IMG/VR virus record: IMGVR_UViG_3300023275_000046
Span: 1 to 48,201 of that record
Reading direction: 5' to 3' (one strand)
Length of the DNA stretch: 48,201 bases
DNA from: a virus
Lineage: Duplodnaviria > Caudoviricetes
The notes beneath the pieces were generated by a model that ran no database searches, had not been told where the DNA came from, and saw only the letters and a program-made list of their open reading frames with translations. Positions 27,552 through 35,921 of the stretch are shown here, piece after piece. The stretch's first letter is position 1, and every line of letters begins with the position of its first letter. The position numbers and the translations under genes were made by a program.

Positions 27552-29819
27552 TCACAGCTGCACCGCCTTGTCGATATGCCGGGCAAAGCGCGCCGCAACG
27601 AGGACCTTTTTGCGCTTGCCTTGCGGCGTGAACTCGATCAGGTCCCCGTCATCGATCAGCGTGGCGATCAGCGCATCGCGTTTCTCGCGCTCGCGGATCA
27701 TCTTGAAAGGGCGGCAGTAGTTGTGTAGTTCGCTGCGGGCAATGCCTGCGCCTTTGCGGTCGACCACGACGGCCACAACCTTTTGCGCCACGTCGGACTT
27801 TCCGTCGTCATTGCCCAACGTGTCATGCCGGTCGATCCATGCACGGGTGTGCTTGATCACGTAGCCAGTCGCCCAGTCGATGATTTCCCGCGTTGCCAGC
27901 GGCGCCTGCGGGTCGTGCCAGGCCCCGAGGGCGTTGCAGATCCTGCGCACGTTCGCCTGGGCGCCGAGCAGCAGCGTTGAGTGCTGCGGCTCCGTGCTGA
28001 TCGAGTCGATTGCCGCGGCGTGCTCTGCGAAGTCGACGGCGTAGCGGACCCGGATCAGCGCGGGCCGTTGAGTCGGCACGGCGCCGAAGATTTCGGCCTG
28101 CGACAGGTCGCCTGGATTCGCCGGCAGTCGTCGCACCATCCGCATGCGCTCGCGCAGGCCCGGCGTAAGCGGGTCGTTGCCGGCGGTGCGCTGAACCGTG
28201 CCCGCGCTATCCGTGATGACCGGCAAGCAGTGCGCAAGGAGGCCGCGGACCAATTCGCCACGCTGAAGCAGCGTCGCCATCTGCTCATGCGTCGACACGA
28301 GCAGCGTGGTCAACGCGGGGTGGTGAATCGTCATCTGGTCATCGGTCGCGCCGGCTTTCAGGCCCGCGTCGGTCGCATTGTCGATATAGATCGCGCCGAG
28401 GGTGTAGCAGTCCGCCATGGTGCTAAACGCTTGGTCGAGCACGCCGTTCGGTTGTCGCCTCGCGAACTGGGCGAGGTACCCATAATCGTTGACAACATGC
28501 ACGGCCGCGGGGGAGCGCCACAACGTTTGGTAGACCGCGCTCGCCGAGTTCGCGCGGGTGCCGCGGATCATTCGACGCATGCCGGCCTCGTCGAACGCGC
28601 GGAACACAGCATCGCGTGCATAGCCGGTGTTCTGTGTCGACTCGCCGACAATTCCGAGGCAGGCATGCGTGCCGTACCCTTCACCGCAGTACACGCGCGC
28701 TGCCACGGCCGCAGCGATCGTCAGCACGGTCTGGCGCGTAATGTCGGGGTGCGACGAGCTGGCGCGCGAGTCGATCCACGTCGCGAGGTCGGTCAGCGCG
28801 CGCACCGGGAAGTCCTGTACTGGCGGTTCCGGCGGTGCCTCGATGATTTCGATTCGGGTCTGCGCGTTCGCGCGGTCAATCATGGCTTGCGTCGCTTCGT
28901 CGAACTTGACGGCGAGCGCGGAGCCTGGGTTGACCCATCCCGCTTTCATCGCGAGGGCGAAAATCGTTTCGACATGCACGCCGTTCGGTTTCTGCGACAG
29001 CGATGCCCATGTCTTGCGCTGGTCATCGGCGCGGAACTTCGATGAAGCCTGCGCCCATTCGGTCCAGATGCCGTACGCGTTCGGCGCCGACGTCGAGTGC
29101 AGCGCCATGCCGACCGTCAGCCAGGTCTCGCGTGGATCCGGATCAAGGTAGGCGAGGGCGCTTTTCAGCTCGAGTAATTGCTGTGGGTCGATCATGCCGA
29201 CCGCGCGCTGCGCCACTGGATCGACATGCGCCGGCCCCGCTGCCTTGCCGGCTTCCTGCGCGATGCCGATCCATGCGGGCAGCTCGGCGAAGTCAACGCC
29301 GTCGAGCGGGTCGCAGGACGCCTCCCACGAGTACGAGCGGCCACTGCCGTGAATCGACGGCTCGACGACGATGTACTTGCCGTCGCCCTGCAAATCGATG
29401 CCTTTGCGCAGTTGCCCCGCGACGCGGCGACCATCGGAGTTACGGAACAGGAAGTGCCAGCCGCCCCCGCCCGTGAGCGCCATCACGGTATGCGGAAACT
29501 GCCCAAATTCGGCTTGGATGTTTTCGAGCTGGACGTCGCCGCCGTTACGCGGGTCGACGTCGACACACACGATGCCATCGCGCATCGCCATGCCGAGGTT
29601 GCTGTATGGGTGCATGCCCGCCCAGGCAGTCAGCACGATCGGATCGACACTCGCGTCGTCGACGCCGTGCAGGGTCAGTGGGTGCTTGCCCGGCGATTTG
29701 CACTCCGCGTCGCCGCACGTGCAGCGCGCGTTGATGATGGTGTGCACTGGGAACGTGTGCAGGCCGAGCGCCGCGTATTTCAACGCGTGGCCGAGCCATG
29801 GGGCTACGGCGGCGGTCAT
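27552..29819 (-). CDS. Bifunctional primase/polymerase (Prim-Pol) + PriCT-2 + C-terminal helicase-like domain
   Basis: CTCGDAECKSPGKHP, VDVDPRNGG, TGGGGWHFLF, VVEPSIHGSG; RETWLTVGMALH...WTEWAQ.SSKF. Confidence 0.88.
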   Translation of the reverse strand: MTAAVAPWLGHALKYAALGLHTFPVHTIINARCTCGDAECKSPGKHPLTLHGVDDASVDPIVLTAWAGMHPYSNLGMAMRDGIVCVDVDPRNGGDVQLENIQAEFGQFPHTVMALTGGGGWHFLFRNSDGRRVAGQLRKGIDLQGDGKYIVVEPSIHGSGRSYSWEASCDPLDGVDFAELPAWIGIAQEAGKAAGPAHVDPVAQRAVGMIDPQQLLELKSALAYLDPDPRETWLTVGMALHSTSAPNAYGIWTEWAQASSKFRADDQRKTWASLSQKPNGVHVETIFALAMKAGWVNPGSALAVKFDEATQAMIDRANAQTRIEIIEAPPEPPVQDFPVRALTDLATWIDSRASSSHPDITRQTVLTIAAAVAARVYCGEGYGTHACLGIVGESTQNTGYARDAVFRAFDEAGMRRMIRGTRANSASAVYQTLWRSPAAVHVVNDYGYLAQFARRQPNGVLDQAFSTMADCYTLGAIYIDNATDAGLKAGATDDQMTIHHPALTTLLVSTHEQMATLLQRGELVRGLLAHCLPVITDSAGTVQRTAGNDPLTPGLRERMRMVRRLPANPGDLSQAEIFGAVPTQRPALIRVRYAVDFAEHAAAIDSISTEPQHSTLLLGAQANVRRICNALGAWHDPQAPLATREIIDWATGYVIKHTRAWIDRHDTLGNDDGKSDVAQKVVAVVVDRKGAGIARSELHNYCRPFKMIREREKRDALIATLIDDGDLIEFTPQGKRKKVLVAARFARHIDKAVQL

Positions 29820-30559
29820 GCTGCACGCTCGAAAGACGGGAGCCCGAGGCGCTTTGCTGCGGCATCGATATGCGCTGTATCAGATTCGATCAGCGTCGCG
29901 TCGCATCCCGCGATGGCGGCAGCTAAAGCGGTTGTTCCTGAGCCGCCGAACGGATCGACGACGCTGCCGCCGACCGGGCACGCATATCGCAAGAGCGGCA
30001 GCACCAAGTCGACGGGCTTTTGTGTCGGGTGGATCGCGCGGCCGTGCTCGCTGCGAATCTGAAGAACGCTGCGGAGCATCCGCGGGCCACCGTCCTCCGA
30101 AACGTATTCGTGCGCGCCCGTTGCGCCGTGCCAATGTGGGGTGCGGATCTTGCGCCGCACCGTCCGCGCTCGCGCATCCATCGAGTACTGTGTGGCGTGC
30201 CAGACATCGGACCAGCGGCCGCGATAGAACAGCACGGCATGTTCGTGAACGCGTCGAAACCGATCGTTGTGGAACGAGCTGCCGTTGTGCTTTTCCCAAA
30301 CGATATCTTGGGAGTACACAAAGCCGTGCTGCGCCATCTCGGCGAACAGAGGCGCGAGGAACCGCATGCTGCCGAAGACCCACATAGACGCGGCCGGCCG
30401 CAGAACGCGCGCGACCGCTGGAATCCAACCGTCGCAGCGCGAGTCCCAGCGCAGGTTTGTATCGCCATACGGCGGATCTGCGATGCAGCAGTCGAACGTT
30501 GCGGCCGGTAGGCCAGGCAGCACGGCCCTGCAGTCTCCATGGATGAGACGTTTTTTCAC
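29816..30559 (-). CDS. Orphan N6A/N4C DNA methyltransferase (beta class)
   Basis: ADPPYG, HPTQKP, DPFGGSGTT. Confidence 0.92.
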   Translation of the reverse strand: MKKRLIHGDCRAVLPGLPAATFDCCIADPPYGDTNLRWDSRCDGWIPAVARVLRPAASMWVFGSMRFLAPLFAEMAQHGFVYSQDIVWEKHNGSSFHNDRFRRVHEHAVLFYRGRWSDVWHATQYSMDARARTVRRKIRTPHWHGATGAHEYVSEDGGPRMLRSVLQIRSEHGRAIHPTQKPVDLVLPLLRYACPVGGSVVDPFGGSGTTALAAAIAGCDATLIESDTAHIDAAAKRLGLPSFERAA

Positions 30560-30804
30560 GCCGCACCTACCATGCTGATGCGCGCGCCGCGATACAGCGT
30601 GTCAGCCGCGCCGTAGGCGTTGCCGCTCTGGTTGCGCACCGCATTGTCGAGCGCGCGGAACACTTCGCGACTGAGCCGCACGACATCCGGCTGTGGCTTG
30701 CCACACTCCGCGGCGTGCGAGGCAATGCGATCCCACGAGTCCAGGGCGAGACGGACAGGCCGCGGAATCGTGTACGCGGCGAGATTGCTGCTGCTGATCG
30801 TCAT
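30556..30804 (-). CDS. Hypothetical protein
   Basis: Coupled by 4-nt overlaps to both neighbours. Confidence 0.6.
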   Translation of the reverse strand: MTISSSNLAAYTIPRPVRLALDSWDRIASHAAECGKPQPDVVRLSREVFRALDNAVRNQSGNAYGAADTLYRGARISMVGAA

Positions 30805-31097
30805 TTGCCGGCCACCGCTCGCGTAACGTGGTCGGCGTAGTCGCGCAGCAAGACGTGCAGCGCGGCGTACGATGCCGCGGACATGGTCACGGTGCCGGCT
30901 TCATCGGCGACGATGCGCAGTCCGAGCGCATGCAACACGCGCGAGGTCTCTTCAAGGTTCAGTCCGCCGCCGTTTTCGCTCTCGCTTTTCCAGCGCGACA
31001 TCCGGGTTTCGCTGACGCCTGCCGTGCTGGCCGTCGCGGACTGTCCGCGATCGGCGAGCACGCGCAGGATCGTCCTTTCGATATCACGAGGCGTCAT
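30801..31097 (-). CDS. cII: CII-like transcription activator
   Basis: IERTILRVLADRGQSATASTAGVSETRMSRWK...LHALGLRIV; position after cro; TTGC-N6-TTGC site adjacent. Confidence 0.8.
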   Translation of the reverse strand: MTPRDIERTILRVLADRGQSATASTAGVSETRMSRWKSESENGGGLNLEETSRVLHALGLRIVADEAGTVTMSAASYAALHVLLRDYADHVTRAVAGK

Positions 31098-31130
31098 GCG
31101 CAACGCTTCCGCAAGACGGGAAGCGCGAAG

Positions 31131-31163
31131 TTGCGAGCAGTTGCGAGCAGGCTCTTGCAGTAT
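31131..31163 (+). promoter_or_regulatory. pRE-like CII-dependent promoter
   Basis: TTGC-GAGCAG-TTGC-N13-CAGTAT, same geometry as lambda pRE (TTGC-N6-TTGC-N13-AAGTAT). Confidence 0.7.
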
Positions 31164-31373
31164 TGACGTGCAGGCTTATCGGACAGGGAAAAGCGAATGG
31201 ATGACGACAAGAAAGTTGTTCGCGCACTCGATGAACAGATCGAACTCTTTCCGCACAGGACGCGGCGCAACGCGCCATGGCTTCGCAGCGGAGTGATGTT
31301 GCTGGACGAACCCCGGAACGAGGTCGCTGCGAATCGCATTGAAGAATCCCCCGGCACTACAGGTGTCACGAAC

Positions 31374-31580
31374 TCAAGCCGCCTTCACGCCCTGCCAAGG
31401 AAACTGCGGGGCCAATTTCGTGCGCGGAACATCGGTCGCAGCCTCGATTGCAGGGGCATGCTTTGCCGGCACGCATCCCTCCCTCAGCCATCGGGTGATC
31501 GCTTGGGGGTGCTGGCCGCACAGGCGAGCCAGGGCGGCTTGGGAACCGAGAGCTTCGACGGCTTGGCGGACGGCGTTCAT
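31374..31580 (-). CDS. cro: Cro/YdaS-like repressor (68 aa)
   Basis: GSQAALARLCGQHPQAITRW...VPAKHAPAIEAAT; divergent from cI. Confidence 0.88.
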   Translation of the reverse strand: MNAVRQAVEALGSQAALARLCGQHPQAITRWLREGCVPAKHAPAIEAATDVPRTKLAPQFPWQGVKAA

Positions 31581-31586
31581 GCAAAC

Positions 31587-31670
31587 AGTAAACACGATGT
31601 TTACGATGAAGTCAACATAGTGTTTCTTGACGCGGATGGACGCCGCCGCGACTATCAACAAATGGTTGAT
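31587..31670. promoter_or_regulatory. OR region: three 17-bp operators, pR and pRM
   Basis: GTAAACACGATGTTTAC (31588), GTCAACATAGTGTTTCT (31611), ATCAACAAATGGTTGAT (31654); minus TTGACT-N17-TTTACT; plus TTGACG-N17-GACTAT. Confidence 0.75.
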
Positions 31671-32414
31671 ATCAAGTTGAAGACGTTCGAAGGTCGCTTC
31701 GACGCCGCGCTCGCGCAGTGCGGACTTACGCGCGCTGAGTTCGCCAGGTTCCCAGGCATCGGCCAGGCCAACATCACGAACTGGAAAAAGCGGGGCGGCG
31801 TGGGTCAGACGTCCGGGCCGCGCGTCCGCGAGCTACTCGGGGTCTCGCTCGAATGGCTGAATTCTGGACACGGCGAACCGTTCCCGAACGGCCCTACGGT
31901 ATACGCCAACGGGAAGCCGCTCCCGCACACTCCACGCGTCCCCGCGTATTCGATCCGAGGTGTCGATGACGAAACGTTTGACCCCTCGCTCGATGTACTA
32001 ATCGACGTTGTCGATGTCGAGCTTTCCGCCGGCAACGGGCGCTCCGTACCTGAGTTTCGAAAGACGAGGCGCCAGCTCGCGTTTTCGATCGACTGGGTTC
32101 GCAGGAAACGATTCAAAGAATCGGCGCTAAAGGTCATGCCAGTGCACGGTGACTCGATGCTGCCGAAGCTGGCCGATGGCGACACCGTGCTCATCAACAC
32201 CGACGACACGCGTATCGTTGACGGGAAGATTTACGCCTTGATGCTCGGGCGTGAGGCGAAAATAAAAACGCTGCGCTGGCGAGCCGATGGTTCGCTGATC
32301 GTCATCAGCGAAAACAAGGATAAGGAGACCTATCCTGACGAGGTCATTCCGCCGGCTGACGCCGCGGATGTCTACATCATAGGCAGAGCGGTGCAGCGCG
32401 CCGGCGATCTGTAG
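31662..32414 (+). CDS. cI: CI-like repressor, HTH + S24 peptidase
   Basis: N-terminal HTH, LSAGNG cleavage site, GDSM catalytic Ser, AKIK catalytic Lys. Confidence 0.92.
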   Translation: MVDIKLKTFEGRFDAALAQCGLTRAEFARFPGIGQANITNWKKRGGVGQTSGPRVRELLGVSLEWLNSGHGEPFPNGPTVYANGKPLPHTPRVPAYSIRGVDDETFDPSLDVLIDVVDVELSAGNGRSVPEFRKTRRQLAFSIDWVRRKRFKESALKVMPVHGDSMLPKLADGDTVLINTDDTRIVDGKIYALMLGREAKIKTLRWRADGSLIVISENKDKETYPDEVIPPADAADVYIIGRAVQRAGDL

Positions 32415-32429
32415 CCGCCGACAGGTCGG

Positions 32430-32672
32430 TTACCAATCTTCGCCCATTGCGAAGTCCGGCACGACACCGTGCCGGACTATCTCTTGCGGCTCCGAATATT
32501 CGCCTAGATCGAAATCGCCGTCTTGCTTGTACGCCAGCACGCCGAGTGCGTTGGCGGCCAAGCCTGCGGCTCGGCGCCTCGCGTCAACCTCTGATCCGCA
32601 CAGGATCGTCCCGCGCGCCTGCGGTCCATAGCCGCTCATCTTGAACACCTGCACCACGAAGACGGTTTCCAC
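32430..32672 (-). CDS. Hypothetical protein (80 aa)
   Basis: GTG 32672; TVFVVQVF...ARRRAAGLA...GVLAY..DGDFDLGEYSEP...G.VP. Confidence 0.55.
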   Translation of the reverse strand: METVFVVQVFKMSGYGPQARGTILCGSEVDARRRAAGLAANALGVLAYKQDGDFDLGEYSEPQEIVRHGVVPDFAMGEDW

Positions 32673-32755
32673 TGCAGCACCCCAGGTCGAATTGATGGCG
32701 TGAATGCTCGTGGGTGCCGGTCTCATTGGCTGAGAAATTTAACGGCGCTCGCGTC

Positions 32756-33004
32756 CTAGTTGCCCGCCGACCCCTTCGGCGGCTCTTTGCAGCTGATCGG
32801 ATTTGGGTACATGTAGGTGCAGTAGTAGTCCCGGCCATCGCACGTAGCGCGGAACGTGTGCACGCCATTGTCGACATCTTCATTCGCGATCACGATCGCC
32901 TCGGGCGCGCAACCAGTAGCGCCAGACGCTAAGTTCTGAGAGACCCTCACGGACGTGCATGCGGGCAGGGCGAATGCGAGCGCGACGAGCAGAATCTTTT
33001 TCAT
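32756..33004 (-). CDS. Small Cys-rich lipoprotein (immunity-region moron)
   Basis: MKKILLVALAFALPAC lipobox; AGGGAG RBS; four further Cys. Confidence 0.8.
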   Translation of the reverse strand: MKKILLVALAFALPACTSVRVSQNLASGATGCAPEAIVIANEDVDNGVHTFRATCDGRDYYCTYMYPNPISCKEPPKGSAGN

Positions 33005-33110
33005 GGTGAACTCCCTGTGTACCGCTCCGTGCGGCTGCGGAAATGTAGCCTACTCGCGGCCTAACCCGACGGGAGGCGGCAACAAAATTCCGCCGCGTCT
33101 AAGAACCGAA

Positions 33111-33151
33111 ATAAACATGATGTTGACAACAGGATAAACATGGTGTTTACT
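33111..33151 (+). promoter_or_regulatory. OL operators and pL promoter
   Basis: ATAAACATGATGTTGAC (33111), ATAAACATGGTGTTTAC (33134); TTGACA-N17-TTTACT. Confidence 0.8.
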
Positions 33152-33192
33152 AGCTCCACGGTCGCCAACCCGGCGGCCTGGAGCACGCACCC

Positions 33193-33996
33193 ATGTCCGC
33201 ACACGCACTCGCTTCTCCGGTTGATCAGCCGCGTGGTATCTCCGCGAAGGCGCAACGCAAAACCTTCCCCATCAAAGCTCACGGCGGAACTCTGCGGGTT
33301 CGCCAGTTCGGCCGGTTCTCGCACCAGATCGAAGGCCGGACGTTTCAGTTTGTCGTCACGGCGAACCCGCACAACCCGGCGCTTCCAGCTGTCGTCACTC
33401 ACGCGATCAGCGGAAAGAAGCTGTGCTCTCTTCCGCTCGGCACGGCGCGCAACGGTGACGGCGACTTCTCGCTGCTTGCCCGTTTCGCGATTAATTCGCT
33501 ACTGCGCGACTGCGGCGCGGAGCGGGTGGCTAAGGTCCTGATCGACGCGGAAGCGGAGGCGGCGAAGGGCAATCGAAAGCCGATCGCCAGTCTCATCGCG
33601 CGCACGGCTTGCCTCCTGCTCGCGGTGTTCACGGCCGCCGGTTGCGTCAAGGCGAGCCCCGCTGTCGACACGCCGGCCGACCTGATCTTTATCGCGCATT
33701 CCGGCGTGCAGCTTTCGTACCGCTGCGAAATCAATCTCCTTCGGCAATGGCCCGCCGGCACCGTCATGACTGACGCGGTGCTCGCGCATACCTGCACCGA
33801 CGCGCTTCCAGTCGGCGGCGTTCCCTCGCTCAGCAAGCGCGCGGGTCAGTCGATGCAGAACATCAGTGATCGGGCGTGGACGGCAACGCTGATGTCCGAA
33901 GCTGGCGACACGGTGTACAGCGACTGCCAGCTGGTTAGCCTCGCGATAGATCAAGGGTCGACCACGCTCTCGCTCAACTGCGCGACGGTGCGGTGA
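33193..33996 (+). CDS. Hypothetical protein with an internal lipobox-like segment; first gene of the pL operon
   Basis: GGAG RBS; LLLAVFTAAGC near residue 150. Confidence 0.65.
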   Translation: MSAHALASPVDQPRGISAKAQRKTFPIKAHGGTLRVRQFGRFSHQIEGRTFQFVVTANPHNPALPAVVTHAISGKKLCSLPLGTARNGDGDFSLLARFAINSLLRDCGAERVAKVLIDAEAEAAKGNRKPIASLIARTACLLLAVFTAAGCVKASPAVDTPADLIFIAHSGVQLSYRCEINLLRQWPAGTVMTDAVLAHTCTDALPVGGVPSLSKRAGQSMQNISDRAWTATLMSEAGDTVYSDCQLVSLAIDQGSTTLSLNCATVR

Positions 33997-34322
33997 TGAG
34001 CGCGCGCCTCACGCTCTTGCAGCACGTCACGCCCGACGTGCCTCGTCTGCACATGCAGGACTCGGGAGCCAGCGTGATCGGCCGTCGCGCTGAGCTGGTC
34101 ATTTTCACGACGGACGACCGCCTTGACATCGTAACGGGGCAGATCGCCGCAACGTTCAACGCGCGCGCCGCGACGGCCACTGCGCTCGACGAGATTGTCG
34201 ACGCGAGCACCAACGACGTCTTAGTGCTCTCGAGCGAGGAATTGCGCAAGCGCCTCGCCGAGATTCGTCAAACGGCGCGCGAAGCGCTCGACATCCTCGG
34301 CGTGCTCGGGAGGCAGGCATGA
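33993..34322 (+). CDS. Hypothetical protein
   Basis: Coupled ORF. Confidence 0.6.
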   Translation: MMSARLTLLQHVTPDVPRLHMQDSGASVIGRRAELVIFTTDDRLDIVTGQIAATFNARAATATALDEIVDASTNDVLVLSSEELRKRLAEIRQTAREALDILGVLGRQA

Positions 34323-34513
34323 GCCGCTTCGCTACGCGCCAGCAGATCACGCAGGCCAACAACTACGCCTATGACTTGGGCGCGCAGCATGCCCGCGCCG
34401 GCAAGCATGCAAACCCGTTCGACCGCGTGACATCGCGTGCCAAGTATTTCGAATACGAGGAAGGGCACCGCAACGCCAAGCCGGAAGCGCTGCGCGCGGG
34501 CGGTGAGGCATGA
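34319..34513 (+). CDS. Hypothetical protein (64 aa)
   Basis: GGAGG RBS, ATGA overlaps; AY..G...G...NPF...Y.EG pattern. Confidence 0.6.
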   Translation: MSRFATRQQITQANNYAYDLGAQHARAGKHANPFDRVTSRAKYFEYEEGHRNAKPEALRAGGEA

Positions 34514-35289
34514 GGCCCTTGATCGTTCCCGCCGAAGTCGCCGGCCTGATCGTGTCAGGCGCGCTTTTCGTCGTGAATCACTCCGGCGGCAAGGACAGCC
34601 AAGCGATGTTCATCCGGTTGCTCGACAGCGTCCCGCTGTCGCAGCTGGTCGTCGTGCACGCATCCCTGGGCGACGTCGAATGGCCGGGCGCACTCGAACT
34701 GGCGCGCGATCAAGCCGCAGCCGCGGGCATCCCCTTCATCGTTGCGCACGCAGTCAAGACGTTCTTTGAAATGGTCGAGCACCGCTTCGCGGTCCGCCCC
34801 GGCCCGAACTCGCCTTGCTGGCCGTCGGCTGCCAATCGGCAGTGCACAAGCGACTTGAAGCGCGGCCCGATCCAGCGCGAGGTACGTCGCTACGCCAAAG
34901 AACACGGCTTTCGCGACATCGTGACCTGTATGGGTCTGCGCGCCCAGGAGAGCGGCGGGCGGGCGAAGAAAGAGCCATTCCGGCGCAACGATGTGCAGTC
35001 GAATTCCGTGGCGACTTGGTACGAATGGCTGCCGATCCATGGCATGCAACGTGACGAGGTGTTCGCGACGATCAGCAGGGCAGGGCAGCAGCCGCACTGG
35101 GCGTACGCCGCTGGCAACGATCGGCTGAGTTGCATGTTTTGCATCATGGGCAGCCGCAAGGATATTCAGAACGCGGCGCGTCACAACCCTGCGCTGCTCG
35201 CCCGATACATCGAAGTCGAGCAGCGCACCGGCTACACGATGCATCAGAGCCGTGCGTCGCTGACGGAACTCGCAGGCGGTGCGCCGTGA
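34510..35289 (+). CDS. Phosphoadenosine phosphosulfate reductase family protein
   Basis: HSGGKDSQAM, RQCTSDLKRGP, GLRAQES..R, RLSCMFC. Confidence 0.88.
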   Translation: MRPLIVPAEVAGLIVSGALFVVNHSGGKDSQAMFIRLLDSVPLSQLVVVHASLGDVEWPGALELARDQAAAAGIPFIVAHAVKTFFEMVEHRFAVRPGPNSPCWPSAANRQCTSDLKRGPIQREVRRYAKEHGFRDIVTCMGLRAQESGGRAKKEPFRRNDVQSNSVATWYEWLPIHGMQRDEVFATISRAGQQPHWAYAAGNDRLSCMFCIMGSRKDIQNAARHNPALLARYIEVEQRTGYTMHQSRASLTELAGGAP

Positions 35290-35516
35290 GGTTCGCCACC
35301 ATCGTTCCGCCCCATGTCGCGCGCGCCGCGCACGAGCGCGCCGTCGTGTCCATGGCTGGTCTGCGCGCTGTCTCTGCCGGTCTCTCGCCGATCCAGACCG
35401 AGGCGTTGTGCCGGTACGCACGCGAGCGCTTTCGCAGCGGTCACGTCAGCCCGGCGCGCGCCGCCGATGACACGCGTGTGCTCCTGAACTGCCTGCGAGC
35501 GGAGGCGGCCCAGTGA
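35286..35516 (+). CDS. Hypothetical protein
   Basis: GTGA overlaps at both ends. Confidence 0.55.
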   Translation: MRFATIVPPHVARAAHERAVVSMAGLRAVSAGLSPIQTEALCRYARERFRSGHVSPARAADDTRVLLNCLRAEAAQ

Positions 35517-35608
35517 GCGCGCTCAAAACAATCGGTGTCGGCCTGGCGACTCTCGGCCTCGGCGCTTTCATCGGTTTTCTGTTCGGTCTCGCGCTCCGCG
35601 CGCACTAG
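35513..35608 (+). CDS. 31-aa single-TM miniprotein
   Basis: GGAGG RBS; MSALKTIGVGLATLGLGAFIGFLFGLALRAH. Confidence 0.55.
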   Translation: MSALKTIGVGLATLGLGAFIGFLFGLALRAH

Positions 35609-35617
35609 GAATTCCCT

Positions 35618-35860
35618 ATGGACGTTCGCCATTGGTTTCGCGTCGTCGCTGTCGCATGTGCGCTCGGTACCGGCACCTACGCGATTTCACCCCAGGACAA
35701 CATCGAATCACTCGCCGCCACCCCCGGCGGGTGCTCCCGGAGTTCGACCGGCCTTCGTGACGCAAATCCCTCCGCGTCGACGAGTGCACCGCCCGCGGTG
35801 GGCGTTTCGAACAACACCGCGGCCATTCCGCGCCCGCTGTCGACGACAGCCGCGCACTGA
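35618..35860 (+). CDS. Hypothetical protein, possible signal peptide
   Basis: AGGA RBS; hydrophobic N-terminus, low-complexity tail. Confidence 0.45.
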   Translation: MDVRHWFRVVAVACALGTGTYAISPQDNIESLAATPGGCSRSSTGLRDANPSASTSAPPAVGVSNNTAAIPRPLSTTAAH

Positions 35861-35921
35861 GCAACAGCCGGCGACCTGATCGCCATTGCACCCACGCACC
35901 CAACCCGGAGCACACGCACCC

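Noticed and set aside
34510-35289. cysH auxiliary sulfur-metabolism gene
   Set aside because: It lacks the C-terminal ECG(L/I)H motif of true CysH and has no cys gene context
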